This document shows, piece by piece, positions 36,186 through 49,217 of a DNA stretch of 64,000 nucleotides. A program made the position numbers and the translations under genes. Every line of letters starts with the position of its first letter. Position 1 is the first letter of the stretch. Origin of the DNA: Octopus vulgaris. Taxonomy: Eukaryota. The DNA lies in NCBI GenBank assembly GCA_951406725.2, contig OX597826.1, forward strand, positions 7,440,001 through 7,504,000. The letters run 5' to 3'. The notes below the pieces were generated by a model that did not search any database, was not told the DNA's origin, and saw only the letters and a program-made list of their open reading frames with translations.

Positions 36186-36674
36186 TGTGCTCTCTCTCTC
36201 TCTCACTCTTGCCAAACCAAGTTAAAGGGACGTGTAAAAACTAATACAAACAAACACACACACACATACGCAGACACCCACACGCACATACACACACATA
36301 TAGATAAGTGCTGGTGGAACCTAGCACACAAGGAGAGATGCACACACATGCATATATACTTATACAAATATATTTGTTTTCGACAAGCTACTTCATAGTT
36401 TGCATTTAACAAATTTACTCCCAAGGCATTGCTCAGCCAGGGACTTAGTGGAAAACAAATGCCTCAGATGCCGCACAGTGGGTCTGAGACCGATACAAAG
36501 AAACTTTAAATTAATCTTACTCGAATATTTGCAATCATCTGACGTCAATGATGACGAGGCACTGTGTTAGTGGTTGTTTCTTTTTTTTCAGGATACACAA
36601 ATAATGAAGGGTTTAGCATTTCTATACAGACAGTCGAAGCATTAGATCTGATGTTACAATATTTATCATTTAGC

Positions 36675-37110
36675 AAGGAAGCAAGCTGGCAGAATCGTTA
36701 GCACGCCGGATGAAAAGCTTAGCAGTATTTCGTCTACCGCTACGTTCTGAGTTCAAATTCCGCCGACGCCGACTTTGCTTTCATCCTTTCAGAGTCGATA
36801 AATAAAGTGCCAGTTGCGTACTGGGGATGATCTAATCGACTGGCCCCCTTCCCATGTGCCTGGAGAAGAAAAGAATATTTATCATTTAGTAAGGCGGCGA
36901 GCTGGCAGAAACTTTAGCACGCCGGGCGAAATGCTCAGCGGTATTTCGTCTGCCGCTACGTTCTGAGTTCAAATTCCGCCGAGGTCGACTTTGCCTTTCA
37001 TCCATTCGGAGTCGATAAATTAAGTACCAGTTGCGTACTGGGGTCGATCTAATCGACTGGCCTCCTTCCCCACGAAAATTGAGGCGCAGTGACTAGAGTA
37101 GAAAAGAATA
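36675..37110 (+). mobile_element. Two tandem SINE-A copies with a triplicated target sequence
   Basis: Copies at 36675-36876 and 36891-37110; AATATTTATCATTTAG at 36658, 36874 and 37107. Confidence 0.92.
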
Positions 37111-38006
37111 TTTATCATTTAGTTTTAATGCTCATGTAATAATCTTTTCTGATGTACATGATTATAGAACTTGAACGTTTTGTAACAACACAACGATTTT
37201 CCTGTGTTGTGGCCTAGCATCCATTTCATCGACAGATATGAGCACCGTGACATATTTTAATGTACCAATTCAGAATATTATTTCCTCTTAAATTCTGTAT
37301 CATAAAGAAGTCGCTGTTGTATAGTTTAGCCTTGTACGTGCGGACTTACGATGAAAAGATTTCTAAACACGATCATATCATTTTATATAGCGTATAACCG
37401 CATCATTCAATGTCTACTTGCACTTTTAAGATGAGGTGTGTGATTTTGGAGACACTGAACCGTAGAGACGCTTGATTCCTATTTAGTTTTTGACATAGAA
37501 AACGTACAGCCTCATGATATAAACGGTAGAAGCTGTGAAAACTATACAAGTTGTCAAATTCACACATAGGTATATTTTGGAGAGGACATTTGAGTTGTCA
37601 GATTGGATCATTACATACAGTTTGATAAGTGCTGCCTTATTCTAATATATTATGGAAATTACCAATGTTATATATGAGAATTGTGGAATATTGTTTTGAA
37701 TAGTGCAGAAAACAAAATTCTGAAACTAAACTGAGATCACATTAGCTGTAGAAAGATTTGGAACGTTTTAGCAAGTGTTAGATGTCTTTAAGACGGAATA
37801 AATCATTATCAATTTCTTTATGGTAAGTTAGATTTCAGTTTTGAAGACTATTAATCACCCACACACACACAGACACAAGCGCTTATATGTACGTATGTAT
37901 GTATATAAATATAAACATGTATAATACATATATACATGTATTTTAAAATTATGTCTATCATATGCATATATAAGTGTATACGTATATATATGTATATATA
38001 TATATG

Positions 38007-38118
<112 letters not shown>

Positions 38119-39659
38119 CATATCTAGGCATATATATATATGTACATGTATATATGGTGGTACTCATGACCGAAGAAGCATGGCTCAAACGAATAAAAGT
38201 ATATGTGCGAGTGTGTGTATGTGTGTGTGTGTGAGGAGGCAGTTAGTGATGCAAATAAACGTAATTAAACGAGATACATATAAATATACATACATGCATA
38301 TACATTTGTAGGTAAATAAAAAGGAATAGACATATATAAAGAGAAATGAAAACTGAAAAAGAATATTTAGAATATAAACTCATATGTAAGAGTATATAGA
38401 TGTTTATATATATTGACAAATGAATTTACATGAAGCATAAAATATGTAGAACGCTTAGGGGAGCGTACATAGTTTATTTTTAACTCGACAGCTGTTTCTG
38501 GGAACTTCTCATAACAAAATAGATCTAATCTTCTTCTAGACACACACGTAGACGTAAACACACAGACGCATACACACAAACACAAACTCACACACACATG
38601 CACACAGACACACTCACACACACATACGCACACACACACACACATATAAATACATATATATAATAATATGAATAATATATAAATATATGTACATACCTAT
38701 ATAAATATGTATATATACATGCATATATGGGTACACGATATCAGAGAAAAACGTTGAACCCAATGAGAACATAAAACGAAAGCATAAAACATAAAAACAA
38801 AACATAGTAAACTTTTTTTCGAACAACGAAAAAAATAGAGAAACGAGACATACAACATAAAGAATATTGTCCTTCTTCAGTCGTCCCTGTTTCCTCTGCT
38901 CCGCGGTCGAAGGCAAGGACAATACGCGACTTCGTTGAAACAGTCCTTCCCGCAAAGAAATTGTTTTAGCGCTATCTATCAAAGGTGATTGGTCACGTAT
39001 ACTAAAACTAGTACTGGTAATTAAAATGACATTTGCAACGTGATTAATAAACTGATACCCCAGCTCATTAGATTCTTTTCTACAGTCTATACGCAAGCTG
39101 TGCTGTAGCTTTGAACGGTTGCTCATCTGGTTCATGATCATATGATTGTGGGTTGTGTCCTTGAGCAAAATACTTCACTCTGCTCCAAAGAATTTGATGC
39201 TATGACCACCAGTCGAAGCCTACCTGGATTTACGTCATCCGTGTTCTGTTTGGTCATGTGTGTGTGTGTGTGTGTGTGTGTACCCGAGAGGATGTCTATA
39301 TTCGCTATGTTTCCAAGTAATCTTATATTCTGAATGGCGACTTTAGATCATCAAGTTTTTTTTTAATATACAGAACACAGTTATTTGCGTCTGGGATTAG
39401 CACATATGTCATATGCGCCAACATGAATAACAATGGAAACATACAAACAGTATAGAAGCAAATATTTAGACATGGTAAACACTCAGTCATTTGCTTTACA
39501 CTAAAACACCGTATTCTATTTTACTACCATGAAATGTAGAGGGGAAGAGTACAAAAAGATGTCAATGACGTTAGGATGACCGAGGACATGAAAAATGGTC
39601 TAGAAACAAGAACCTGGCTGATTGTATGCTCGCAGAAGGAACTGGAGGGTTTCGGCAAG

Positions 39660-40069
39660 CCAATACCTATTTCTTTACTGCCCACAAGGGGCTGAACACA
39701 GTAGGGATAAACAAGGACAGACAAACGGATTAAGTCGATTATATCGACCCCAGTACGTAACTGGTTCTTATTTAATCTACCCGGCAAAGATGAAAGGCAA
39801 AGTCGACCTCGGCGGAATTTGAACTCTGAACATAAAGACAGACGAAATACCTACTTCTTTACCCACAAGGGGCTAAACACGGAGGGGACAAACAAGGACA
39901 GACAAACGGATTAAGTCGATTATATCGACCCCAGTGCGTTACTGTTACTTAATTTATCGACCCCGGAAGGACGAAGGGCAAAGTCGACCTCGGCGGAATT
40001 TGAACTCAGGCGAAATACGGCTACGCATTTCGCCCGGCGTGCTACCGTTTCTGCCAACTCGCCGCCTTA
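39660..40069 (-). mobile_element. SINE-A, multi-unit form
   Basis: Two units of about 190 bp, each CCCACAAGGGGCT.AACAC..GACAAACGGATTAAGTCGATTATATCGACCCCAG..GGCAAAGTCGACCTCGGCGGAATTTGAACTC; head at 40069. Confidence 0.92.
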
Positions 40070-40113
40070 CACACACGACATCAATAGCAACAGCAACTAC
40101 AATACTGTAAGGC

Positions 40114-40146
<33 letters not shown>

Positions 40147-40170
40147 GAGGAGGAGGAGGAGGAGGAGTAG

Positions 40171-40204
<34 letters not shown>

Positions 40205-40575
40205 TATAGTAGCAGAAGTAGTAACGATGGTGGACACGGTGGTGGTTAAGGTAGTGGTGATGGTGGTGAAAGTGGTGGTGGTAGTAGTATGTCAACCGCC
40301 TTAGTTGAAGTGTACAACGGTAGCGTTGACTAATCTGGCTAAAAAAAAAGAAAAGAAAAACGATTTCCGTGATGATAAAAAGATGATAAAATTCACAATG
40401 ATGGTGATGACAATAACGACGATGATGGTGATGACGAAGATGTTGATAATGATCTTGGTAGCGATGGTAATGATATTGTTGGTGATGATGTTGCGGGCGA
40501 TGATGGTGATGCTGGCGATGTTGGTGATGCTGGGGATGATGGCGATGATGATGATTATGATGATGATGATAATGA

Positions 40576-40611
<36 letters not shown>

Positions 40612-40640
40612 CGATGATGATGATGATGATGATGGGGAGG
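40114..40640. repeat. (TAG)n/(GAG)n/(GGT)n/(GAT)n trinucleotide mosaic
   Basis: Direct reading. Confidence 0.93.
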
Positions 40641-40999
40641 GGGGGAGGATTGCAGTGATCTTCGTGATGCCGAACTCTGCAACGACGACGACGTCGACAC
40701 CCATGACGAAGTTGAAGTGGGGGGGCGGAGTAACCGAGCGTGGAGTAGGAATGAGTTGTCTTTCTTGTTATTGTTCTTTCGCCCCAGGGCAAAGCAAATT
40801 CGGTTGAGTAGGCATATGATCAAAGAAATTAAATTCGTGACAATTTCTTCTCTTCTGGAGAAATCTAAGATCGCATTATCTAATTACTCCTCCTCCTACT
40901 CCCACCATTCATTCATATCATTTTGTTTTTTAAGCCGGTGAGGTGTGAATTAGCCAAATATATCGATGACAGTAACAATAAGGAATATGGTAATTGCTT

Positions 41000-41312
41000 T
41001 GAGGATAGGTACAAGGCGTGAAATTGTGGAAGAAAGTTTAATCGATACTGTGGATTTACTATTTTATTGGTACTTTTTTCAAAATTGACCCTATAACGAA
41101 CAAATGCAAATGTTACCTAAGTAGGATTTGAACTCAGATCGTAAAGAAAGAGAACGATATATTGTCGCTTGTTGGTGTGTTTACGTCTCAGTAACTAAGC
41201 GTTGCTGCAAAGAAAATAAGTCCTAGTGTCAATTTGTCCGACGAAATCTATTCAAGGCGGTGCTTCAGCATAGCCAAATTTGAAGGACTGAAACAATTAA
41301 AAGATAAAAGAT
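41000..41312. mobile_element. Decayed SINE-A (-, 41000-41145) and SINE-B tail (+, 41165-41312)
   Basis: GGATTTGAACTCAGATCG; GGCGGTGCTTCAGCATAGCC..GACTGAAAC. Confidence 0.65.
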
Positions 41313-41719
41313 GGACTAGGCGGAGCAGGAGAATACACGTAGATGGAAAGGGTCGCTGAAGAGGTCACAGATGTGTAACGAAAGATTTCCAGAACATGGA
41401 CATAGGATAAAGATAATATAGTAGATAATGGTTATGCCGACGACGGTGATGAAATTTTCTAGCATCGTGGGCTGATGACATTTTAAAAGGAGAGATGCTT
41501 TAGGAGTCGCTGTATATATTGGCAGCGGCAAATGTTTTCGTAACTGTGAGTGCAAAAACCATATTTGGTAGTTGAGCTTGCTAGATATAACAGCCAGGAC
41601 TTTCTCAAATCATAATTTCCCGTTTAAAAATATATACTGAACAATGAAATCCGCTTTAATATATTTCTAAAACTTTGTGGTGGTTATTGTTAGAATGTCT
41701 ATGATTATAATTCTATTAA

Positions 41720-42200
41720 ACGACGGCAAAATTAAGGACGAAATTCAGCAAGAATAATAAAGAATATACGTGATGAAATATAGTATGTAAATTAATGGGA
41801 GGCTTTGCTAGTGTTGTTGAAAAGTAAATTATTGCATTGACATCGTTTCTGCGTAGATAGATAAAAAGACAGAATAGAATTAGAGGATTCACAGAGAAAA
41901 CCGTGCCTACATTATTGAATACCTTCAGAAAATATAAATGGTACACACCACAAAAATGATTTGTGATAATGAAAAAAATGACCATAAACTGAGAAATGGC
42001 AGTTCCTATATAAAAGAGATATTTAGGAAAATCTCAGACGCTATTGTTAAAAGTCACAAGGGAAAATGTGTTTTAATCTGCAAATCTGGCTTAAAAGACA
42101 ACAATATAGCAGTGGAAATCAGGGAAAAGCTATTCAAATATTAATCCCTCGCAACAGAAATATCTACAATGTGAATTGAACACATATAACAATCTTCATA
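41720..42200 (+). mobile_element. Ancient RTE-like APE endonuclease remnant
   Basis: Ordered LMGGFASVVEK (MGDFNA.VGK), LLNTFRKYKW (I.NTF.K..KW) and NEKNDH.L (KNEIDYIL) motifs. Confidence 0.4.
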
Positions 42201-42589
42201 ATAATACCTACCTTGGGAATGATAAAAAAAGAGATACAATCAGATACATAATGAAAAAAAGCCATCATTCGCATGTATACATGACATACAGAAAATAGCA
42301 CTGAAAGATATTGTGCATATATTATGTAGGGGAATTTCAATAAAATAAAATACAGCAGAATAGAGGAACAAAGCACAGCACATGTACGTAGAGAGATGCA
42401 TTACGTTACTATATTTATTAACGGCTTATTCCGAGGAGGAATAGGGCACGTGACCATTTTCAGGACTTCCGTCGCTGGTATGCGGTTGTTATTTTCAAAC
42501 CAGGAAATTTTGGTCTTAGTGCTAGCGTTAAAGTCGAGTCTGCTAAAGAAAACTAAGGGCCTGCTTATGATGGGATTCAACCAAACTCA

Positions 42590-42970
42590 GAATATTGGTT
42601 TCAAATTTTTGCACAAAGCCAGCAATTTTAGAGGAGGGGTCGGTTCATTACATGGACTCTTGTGCTCAACCGATACTTATTTTATCGATTCAGAAGGATA
42701 ATAGGCAAAGTCGACCTAGGTGGAATTTAAAATCAGAACGTAAAGAGCCAGAATTGCCACTGAATATTTGGCCTGATGCAATAACGGTTCTTCCAGCTCG
42801 CCATCTTTGAATAGATGATCATACTGACATTATTGCTTGACAGGTACATTTTTATTAACCCAGGAAGAATCAAGACAAAATCGACCTCATCATGATTTGA
42901 ACCATGGAATAAAAATATTTTGAGGAATATCGCAACGTACGTTGTTCTCAAGTCTCTTATTTCTGCTAAC
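42590..42970 (-). mobile_element. Two SINE-A copies
   Basis: AGGCAAAGTCGACCTAGGTGGAATTTAAAATCAGAACG..CCAGCTCGCC. Confidence 0.75.
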
Positions 42971-43249
42971 CATCAGGTTTAATACTACGTTCTTACACAT
43001 ATTCAAAGACAGAAATTGGAGGATGGGATTACTCGATGAAGCTAACCCTGATATTTTATCTCATCAGTTTCGGAATAATAAAATCTAGCTGAATGATCCA
43101 GCATTGCTCGGGTTACTGCTGTCCTTATTCAAGTTTATATATAATAAATATAAATAGATATTTTCATAATTATTTCAAAATATCCATATTTTATTAAAAG
43201 TTATCCAAATCGTAATGATAATAGAATTTCGAACTGAAAATCTGTCAAT

Positions 43250-43870
43250 CTTGATGCACGTTAGGACAAACAATATTCCTTCTGTAATATTTTGGTGGTG
43301 TCGAATTAAACAGATTGTCGCTGCTTCCAACACACGAGCAAGCAACATGTAGTAGGGAGATCAAGTCCAACTACCGTGAGGAATTGACCCTGGGATTTAC
43401 TAATTGAAATACCAAAACGTAGATTCAATGGAAACTGAAGCTTCTTTATTCAAGTGGAACATCTGTAGGTAGGAATGGAATTTTTGGAATAGAGACATTT
43501 ATGTTATGATTGTTGTCTCTAACACATGTAGCTCATCATGGAGATGAACATAAGTTTTAGCCGTTAACATTTTTTGATTGTTACGAATGTAGAGGAGACG
43601 CTCATTCTCAACCTTTGCATAGATATCAACCAGGTGTGGCTGAAATGGATCCCGAAACGTGCATAATTGATTTGATTTTTCTGGTCTTAAACATCAGTTG
43701 GTAAGAACAGAAGTCATGTGAAGACACCGTTTTGTTTGTAATTGACTCTCCTGTTGCTGGTTCAATCTGTGGAATATTGTAATGATACCCACCTTGTCCA
43801 TTCCCCCAAATAAGAAGCTACTGAAGAGCATCATAAGAGGGATGAGTCTCTGAAACACGTTTAAGGTTGT
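43250..43870 (+). mobile_element. Possible decayed PLE C-terminus followed by a degenerate hammerhead
   Basis: EETLILNL..QPG(fs)GL resembles E..LI..L.T..P.GLN; CTGAAGA (43821-27) ... GAAACACGTT (43852-61). Confidence 0.3.
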
Positions 43871-44438
43871 TATGCCGAGGAGGAATGAGAATATCGCGAT
43901 TTTCATGGGGATCACCCACCTACCATATGGATGACTACTTCATTAGATGTGGCGTCCTTAAAACAACGTAAAATATCCTTCACTTTAGTTTACTATACAT
44001 GTAACGAACGCGGAAACACACACACACACACTCACAGACACATACACACTCATATATATATGAATATATATATGTGTGTGTGTGTAGATGTATGTACGTG
44101 TGTGTGTTTGTCTGAGGCCTAACGTATAAAAATTATCACACATACACTCGCACAAACATTCACTCTGACATACACTTACATGCATATACTAAGAGAGACA
44201 CACACAGACATACATTCACGCACACCTCAGGCCTATCACTGTCCCTCTGTATGTGTGTATCTCTCTCTCTTTAGATGTGTGTGTGTGATGTGTGTATGTG
44301 CGCATGTGTGTGTGTGTGTCAGTCTCACGAAAATGTATGCATACCACACATACTTCTCAGTCATCGGCCTTACGTACGTAACGAACATGCAAACACACAC
44401 ACATACACGTATGCACAAATGAATATATATACGTGTAG

Positions 44439-44474
<36 letters not shown>

Positions 44475-44585
44475 TTAATTGTCTAAGACCTAACGTACAA
44501 AACACCACCAAGAAGTTTGTTTGACGTCCTTTTGTTTCTGATGACAACCAGCTTTAGTAACAATAACCATGACAACACTAGAACA

Positions 44586-44908
44586 GGCACCACGTCGGTT
44601 ACGACGATGACTGTTCCAGTTGATCCGATCAACGGAACAGCGTGCTCGTGAAATTAACGTGCATGTGGCTGAACACTCCACAGACCCACGTAACCTTAAC
44701 GTAGTTCTCAGGGAGGTCCAGCGTGACACAGGATGTGATACGGCTGAGTTTTTCAAATACAGGTACTACTCATTTTTTTCAGGTAGGTGGAGTGGGGCAA
44801 CATGAAATAAAATGTCTTGTTTAAGGATACGACGCATCACCGTGAATCGAACTCATAAACTTACGATCAGGAGCCGAATACTCCTAACCACTAAACCACA
44901 TGTTTTCA
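44586..44908 (-). mobile_element. SINE-C-related copy with intact 3' tail
   Basis: GTCGGTTACGACGA..CCAGTTGATCCGATCAACGGAACAG..CTCGTGAAATTAACGTG..CTTAACGTAGTTCTC; head AATCGAACTC..CCTAACCACTAA. Confidence 0.85.
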
Positions 44909-44929
44909 CATTGCATGACAACACTAATA

Positions 44930-45770
44930 GTTTCTAAATTGGACTCAAATCCACCAATTTTGAGAGAAGGTTTCAGACGATAGCATCATCCCCCAGTACT
45001 AACGCGGACATCGTTTTAGCGATTCCGAATTAGAAAGAAGCGGAGTTCGAACTCAGAATGTAAAGTCTCGGAACAAACACCGTAAGACATATTCTACGAC
45101 TTCATATCGACCTTGAAACGAAAAGATGCTAATGTTACCTCGGTGACATTTGACCTGCGATCGTAAAGGAAGGGGATGACCTTTACCCCAAAGTATCCCG
45201 GCGGATGCTCTAACGATTGCTTTATAATTATCCCAGTTTCTGTTTTGATACATACATGTATTCGTTTATTCTTTTATTCTTTTATTTGTTACAGTCATTT
45301 CAATGCGGCCATGCTGGAGCACCGCCTTTACTTGAGCAAAGTCGACCTCGGCGGAATTTGAACTCAGAACGTGGCGGCAGAGGAAATACCACTAAGCATT
45401 TCTCCCGGCGTGCTAACGATTCTGCCAGTTCGCCGCCTTTTAATTGCTACTCATTTAATCGACCCCAAAATGACGAAGTGTATTTGAACTCCGAACGTAA
45501 ATATAGAAGAATCGCCGAAATGCCAGCTCACCGCATTAACCAAATTTTAATAATGGTTTTAAAATTTGACACAAGGCCAGCGATTTCGGAATAGTGGGTA
45601 AGCCATAAACATCGACCTCACTGCTCAAATGGTACTTATTTCATCGAGTTCGAAAGGATGAAATGCAATGTCGAATTTGGCGGAATTTGAACTCAGAAAT
45701 TAAAAGTGGACTAAATGCCGCAAAGCATAATTTTCCAGCGTGCTAAGGATTCTGCTTGCTCACCACCTGA
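44930..45770 (-). mobile_element. Nested SINE-A cluster with a SINE-B tail (45265-45335)
   Basis: Clean SINE-A 5' half at 45336-45439; GCGGCCATGCTGGAGCACCGCCTTTA at 45305-45330; further copies at 44930-45230 and 45555-45770. Confidence 0.8.
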
Positions 45771-46339
45771 AACAAATTTTAATGATGATAATCATGAAAA
45801 TAATAATGATAATGAAGAAATGAAAATAAAGAATAATCGCCGTATGTTAACTAAAAGGACGTTAGTTATCATATTATATCAGTGTTGTCATCTACGCCGG
45901 CCACTTACCCAACACAATCATGACTACTGACAACGTTAGCCAATGAAATGTATCGGTATTATCATCAATACGATCAAAATTTTCTCCTATCATACCCGAT
46001 ATATCCGGGCCCCTCACGAATTATGCATCCACCCTCTATTCATAACTACCTAACAAACGAACATAACAACCATTCTCCTAGTGGTGTATCTTACACTTTT
46101 CTACCTTGGTTCAGTGAACGACGTGCAATGCATAAATAAATCATACGGTCATTTAACACGGATAAACCGGTAGCAATCAAACTGCGTCATTTGGAAAAGA
46201 AAAAATATGGCGTACAATAAATTTATAAAATTTGCCTCTAATTTCTTTGACGCCGTTAGACAGCAATGCCCAGCACACACATATATACATATATTATGTA
46301 AATATATAGGCACTTAAATATTATATACATATATACATG

Positions 46340-46389
<50 letters not shown>

Positions 46390-46390
<1 letters not shown>

Positions 46391-46521
46391 TTTATTTAAA
46401 GCACCAGAAAATTCAACAATTTTGTTGAATTTTCTGCTGCTTAAATAAAGCATATTACTCTACCACTGGTATTTGAGTACTCATTTTCCCACCTTGTTTC
46501 ACATTTATGTGTTTACCCCGG
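46390..46521 (+). mobile_element. Family H3 mini-element with a fold-back 5' end, in (TA)n
   Basis: 46390-46450 is a near-perfect palindrome; 46420-46521 matches the reverse complement of 26351-26456. Confidence 0.85.
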
Positions 46522-46533
46522 TATATATATATA

Positions 46534-46682
46534 CACTTTGGGTTTTTGCTGAATTTTTTCTTGAGAACACATTCTTCGTGGAAAATGACGATTTTGACGT
46601 CTATTTCTAGCATACAGGCTGTCTACTGTTAGTGGTCAGTCCTCTAAATTTTGCATGTATAAAATTTCTACCCTTATTTAAT

Positions 46683-46690
<8 letters not shown>
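46534..46690 (+). mobile_element. (TA)n-anchored mini-element family P5
   Basis: CTAT.TCTAGCAT..TTAGTGGTCAGTCCT.TAAATTTTG.ATGTA..AATTTCTACCCTTATT.AATTTT shared with the reverse complement of 61132-61276. Confidence 0.75.
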
Positions 46691-46732
<42 letters not shown>

Positions 46733-47149
46733 TATATATATCGACACACTCGCACGCATATATATATATATATATATCTACACGCTTATATATACACACA
46801 TACATACACATGTTTGTATACGAATCCGTGTATATAATATATGTATTATGTATGCATATATATTTGTGTGCGTGTGTGTGTTTGCATTTATATATAAATG
46901 TGTGCGTGTGTGTGTATGCATGTATGTATGTGTGTTTGAGGAGGTACTGTTTCTGTGTATAAAGTGCGTGATAAATAAGAGAATGCACGCCGTGTGCGCA
47001 GTCACAGGGTCAGATATATATTTGCGTCCACGTTATACAGAGAACCATGGGGCCATACATTCCGTGTATATTTTTCAGCGAAATTTCCGGTTACCATCAC
47101 AGACTTACAAACAATAACATACACAAACAGATACAGACAAGCGTGCATG

Positions 47150-47218
47150 CCTAAATTAATACATCTGTTTGTTGTTTACACACCTGTCTTCGACCTTTGT
47201 TTTTGTTGTAAATTCTCA

Positions 47219-47256
<38 letters not shown>

Positions 47257-47395
47257 GTACCTGTATTTCAAAGAATCAGCCTTGCCACATTCTGTGTCTG
47301 TGGAGAGCCCAACCACCTGCAAGGTTAATTTCACGAGGAGGCTGTTCCGTTGATCGGATCAACTACAACCCACTTCGTCGCAACCGACGGAGTAC
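47150..47395 (+). mobile_element. Mini-element tail (47150-47222, family of 13650) and SINE-C 3' half (47255-47395)
   Basis: TAATACAT.TGTTTGTT..CACCTGTCTTCG matches 13718-13753; CTGTTCCGTTGATCGGATCAAC..CAACCGACGGAGT is the SINE-C tail. Confidence 0.75.
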
Positions 47396-47760
47396 CACAG
47401 CAGTTACCTGTATATCATTTGATTATTTAAGTAAATTTAATATTTGTTTAATATACATTGTTTAATGTCTATTTTGTTGGCCGAGGTGAGAACGCTTTGT
47501 TCAGAAATAGTCAGTTACCGGCACAATTTTTTGAACCAACTCTCCGGAGAATCGATGCTATACCTGTATCGTAAATGCATTGTGTATGTATGTATGTACG
47601 TATGTATGTATGTATGTATGTCTGTATGTATGCATGTATATATATATATATATACAGAGAGAGAGAGAGAGAGAGAACGAGAGGGGGAGAGAGAAAGTGA
47701 GACAGAGTGAGTGAGAGAGAGGACGTACATATGGTCATACCTATAAATATACACGAGCGC

Positions 47761-47819
<59 letters not shown>

Positions 47820-48065
47820 TGTATGCATGAGTGAGTATACGCATATGTATGAGAGTGTATATCTACATACATGTATGAGTGTGTATATATGTATGTGTGT
47901 GTATGATTGCTTTTCTGTTTGTATCGCAGCTCGCGTGTTTGTGCGTGTGTGTGTAGTATATATGAACATTTGCAACTGATCGGAAATACATGCAAAAATA
48001 TTCAGCCAAAGTAATCCGTGTCACACGAATATGCATATTATATGCAATAATAGCAGTTTTGCCAA

Positions 48066-48113
<48 letters not shown>

Positions 48114-48601
48114 TGTATATTCATTGAATCAATACAGAGTGTTCATTATTCCAAATTAAAACTAAATTAATGCCATCTATTATACATGGCAATATATTAC
48201 ACATAATATATGATTGATTGATTGATTGATTCCAGTTCCAGCCTATGAGCTGTGGCCATGCTGGGGCACCGCCATTTGGAATTACGAATATTAATTTTAA
48301 AATACATATCGCTTTTACCCTATGCATACACACATATATGTATGTATAAACAGGCTTAAATATATATGTGTTTGTATGTATATAGGTGTGTGTATGTATA
48401 AGAGTGTATGCTGTATGTGCTTTGGTTTTTGGGGTTTTTTTTGTACACTCACCTATAAAAATGATTTTGGAAGGAAAATTTGAGTGTGGCTGTGAAGTCC
48501 GTACATCGAGAGACCTGCCAGATTGAGTGTGTTAATCCTAGACTGTAAGTGTTTTGATAGATTTCCAATGAGGGTTTTTCATTCGCATATTCTCAGATAT
48601 G

Positions 48602-49217
48602 TAAGGCGGCGAGCTGGCAGAAACGTTAGCACGCCGGGCGAAATGCTTAGCAGTATTTGGTCTGCCGTTACGTTCTGAGTTCAAATTCCGCCAAGGTAGA
48701 CCGTGCCTTTCATCCTTTCGGGTTCGATAAATTAAGTACCAGTTACGCAGTGGGGTCGATGTAATCGACTTAATCCGTTCGTCTGTCCTTGTTTGTCCTC
48801 TCTGTGTTTAGCCCCTTTGTGTTTAGTAAAAATATAGGTATATCGTCTTCCGCTACGTTTAGAGTTCAAATTCCGCCGAGGTCGACTCTGCCTTTCATCC
48901 TTTTGGAGTCGATTAAATAAGTACCGGTTAAGCACTGGGGTCGATATAATCGGCTTTATCCGTTTGTCTGTCCTTGTTTGTCCCCTCTGTGTTTAGCCCC
49001 TTGGGGGTAGTAAGGAAATCGGTATTTCATCTGCCTTTATGTTCTAAGTTCAAATTTCGCCGGGGTCGACTTTGTCTTTCAACCTTTTGGAGTCGATAAA
49101 TTAAGTACCAGTTGTGTTTTGGATAAATTAAGTAACAGTTGCGTGCTGGGGTCGATCTATCCGACTGATCCCCTCCCCAAATATTTCGCGCCTTGTGCCT
49201 TGAGTAGAAAAAAATAA
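48602..49217 (+). mobile_element. SINE-A, three-unit form with a 15-bp TSD
   Basis: One head and three bodies of about 185 bp (restarts at about 48838 and 49021); flanks ATTCTCAGATATGTA (48589-48603) / ATTCTTAGATGTGTA (49218-49232). Confidence 0.92.

Noticed and set aside
41716-42376. Minus-strand ORFs with an NPLIL motif (GPCR TM7-like)
   Set aside because: The plus strand shows ordered APE endonuclease remnants; a single short motif is not enough.
48602-49217. CRISPR-like regularly spaced repeats
   Set aside because: Whole ~185-bp units repeat with no unique spacers, no cas genes, and a eukaryotic context.
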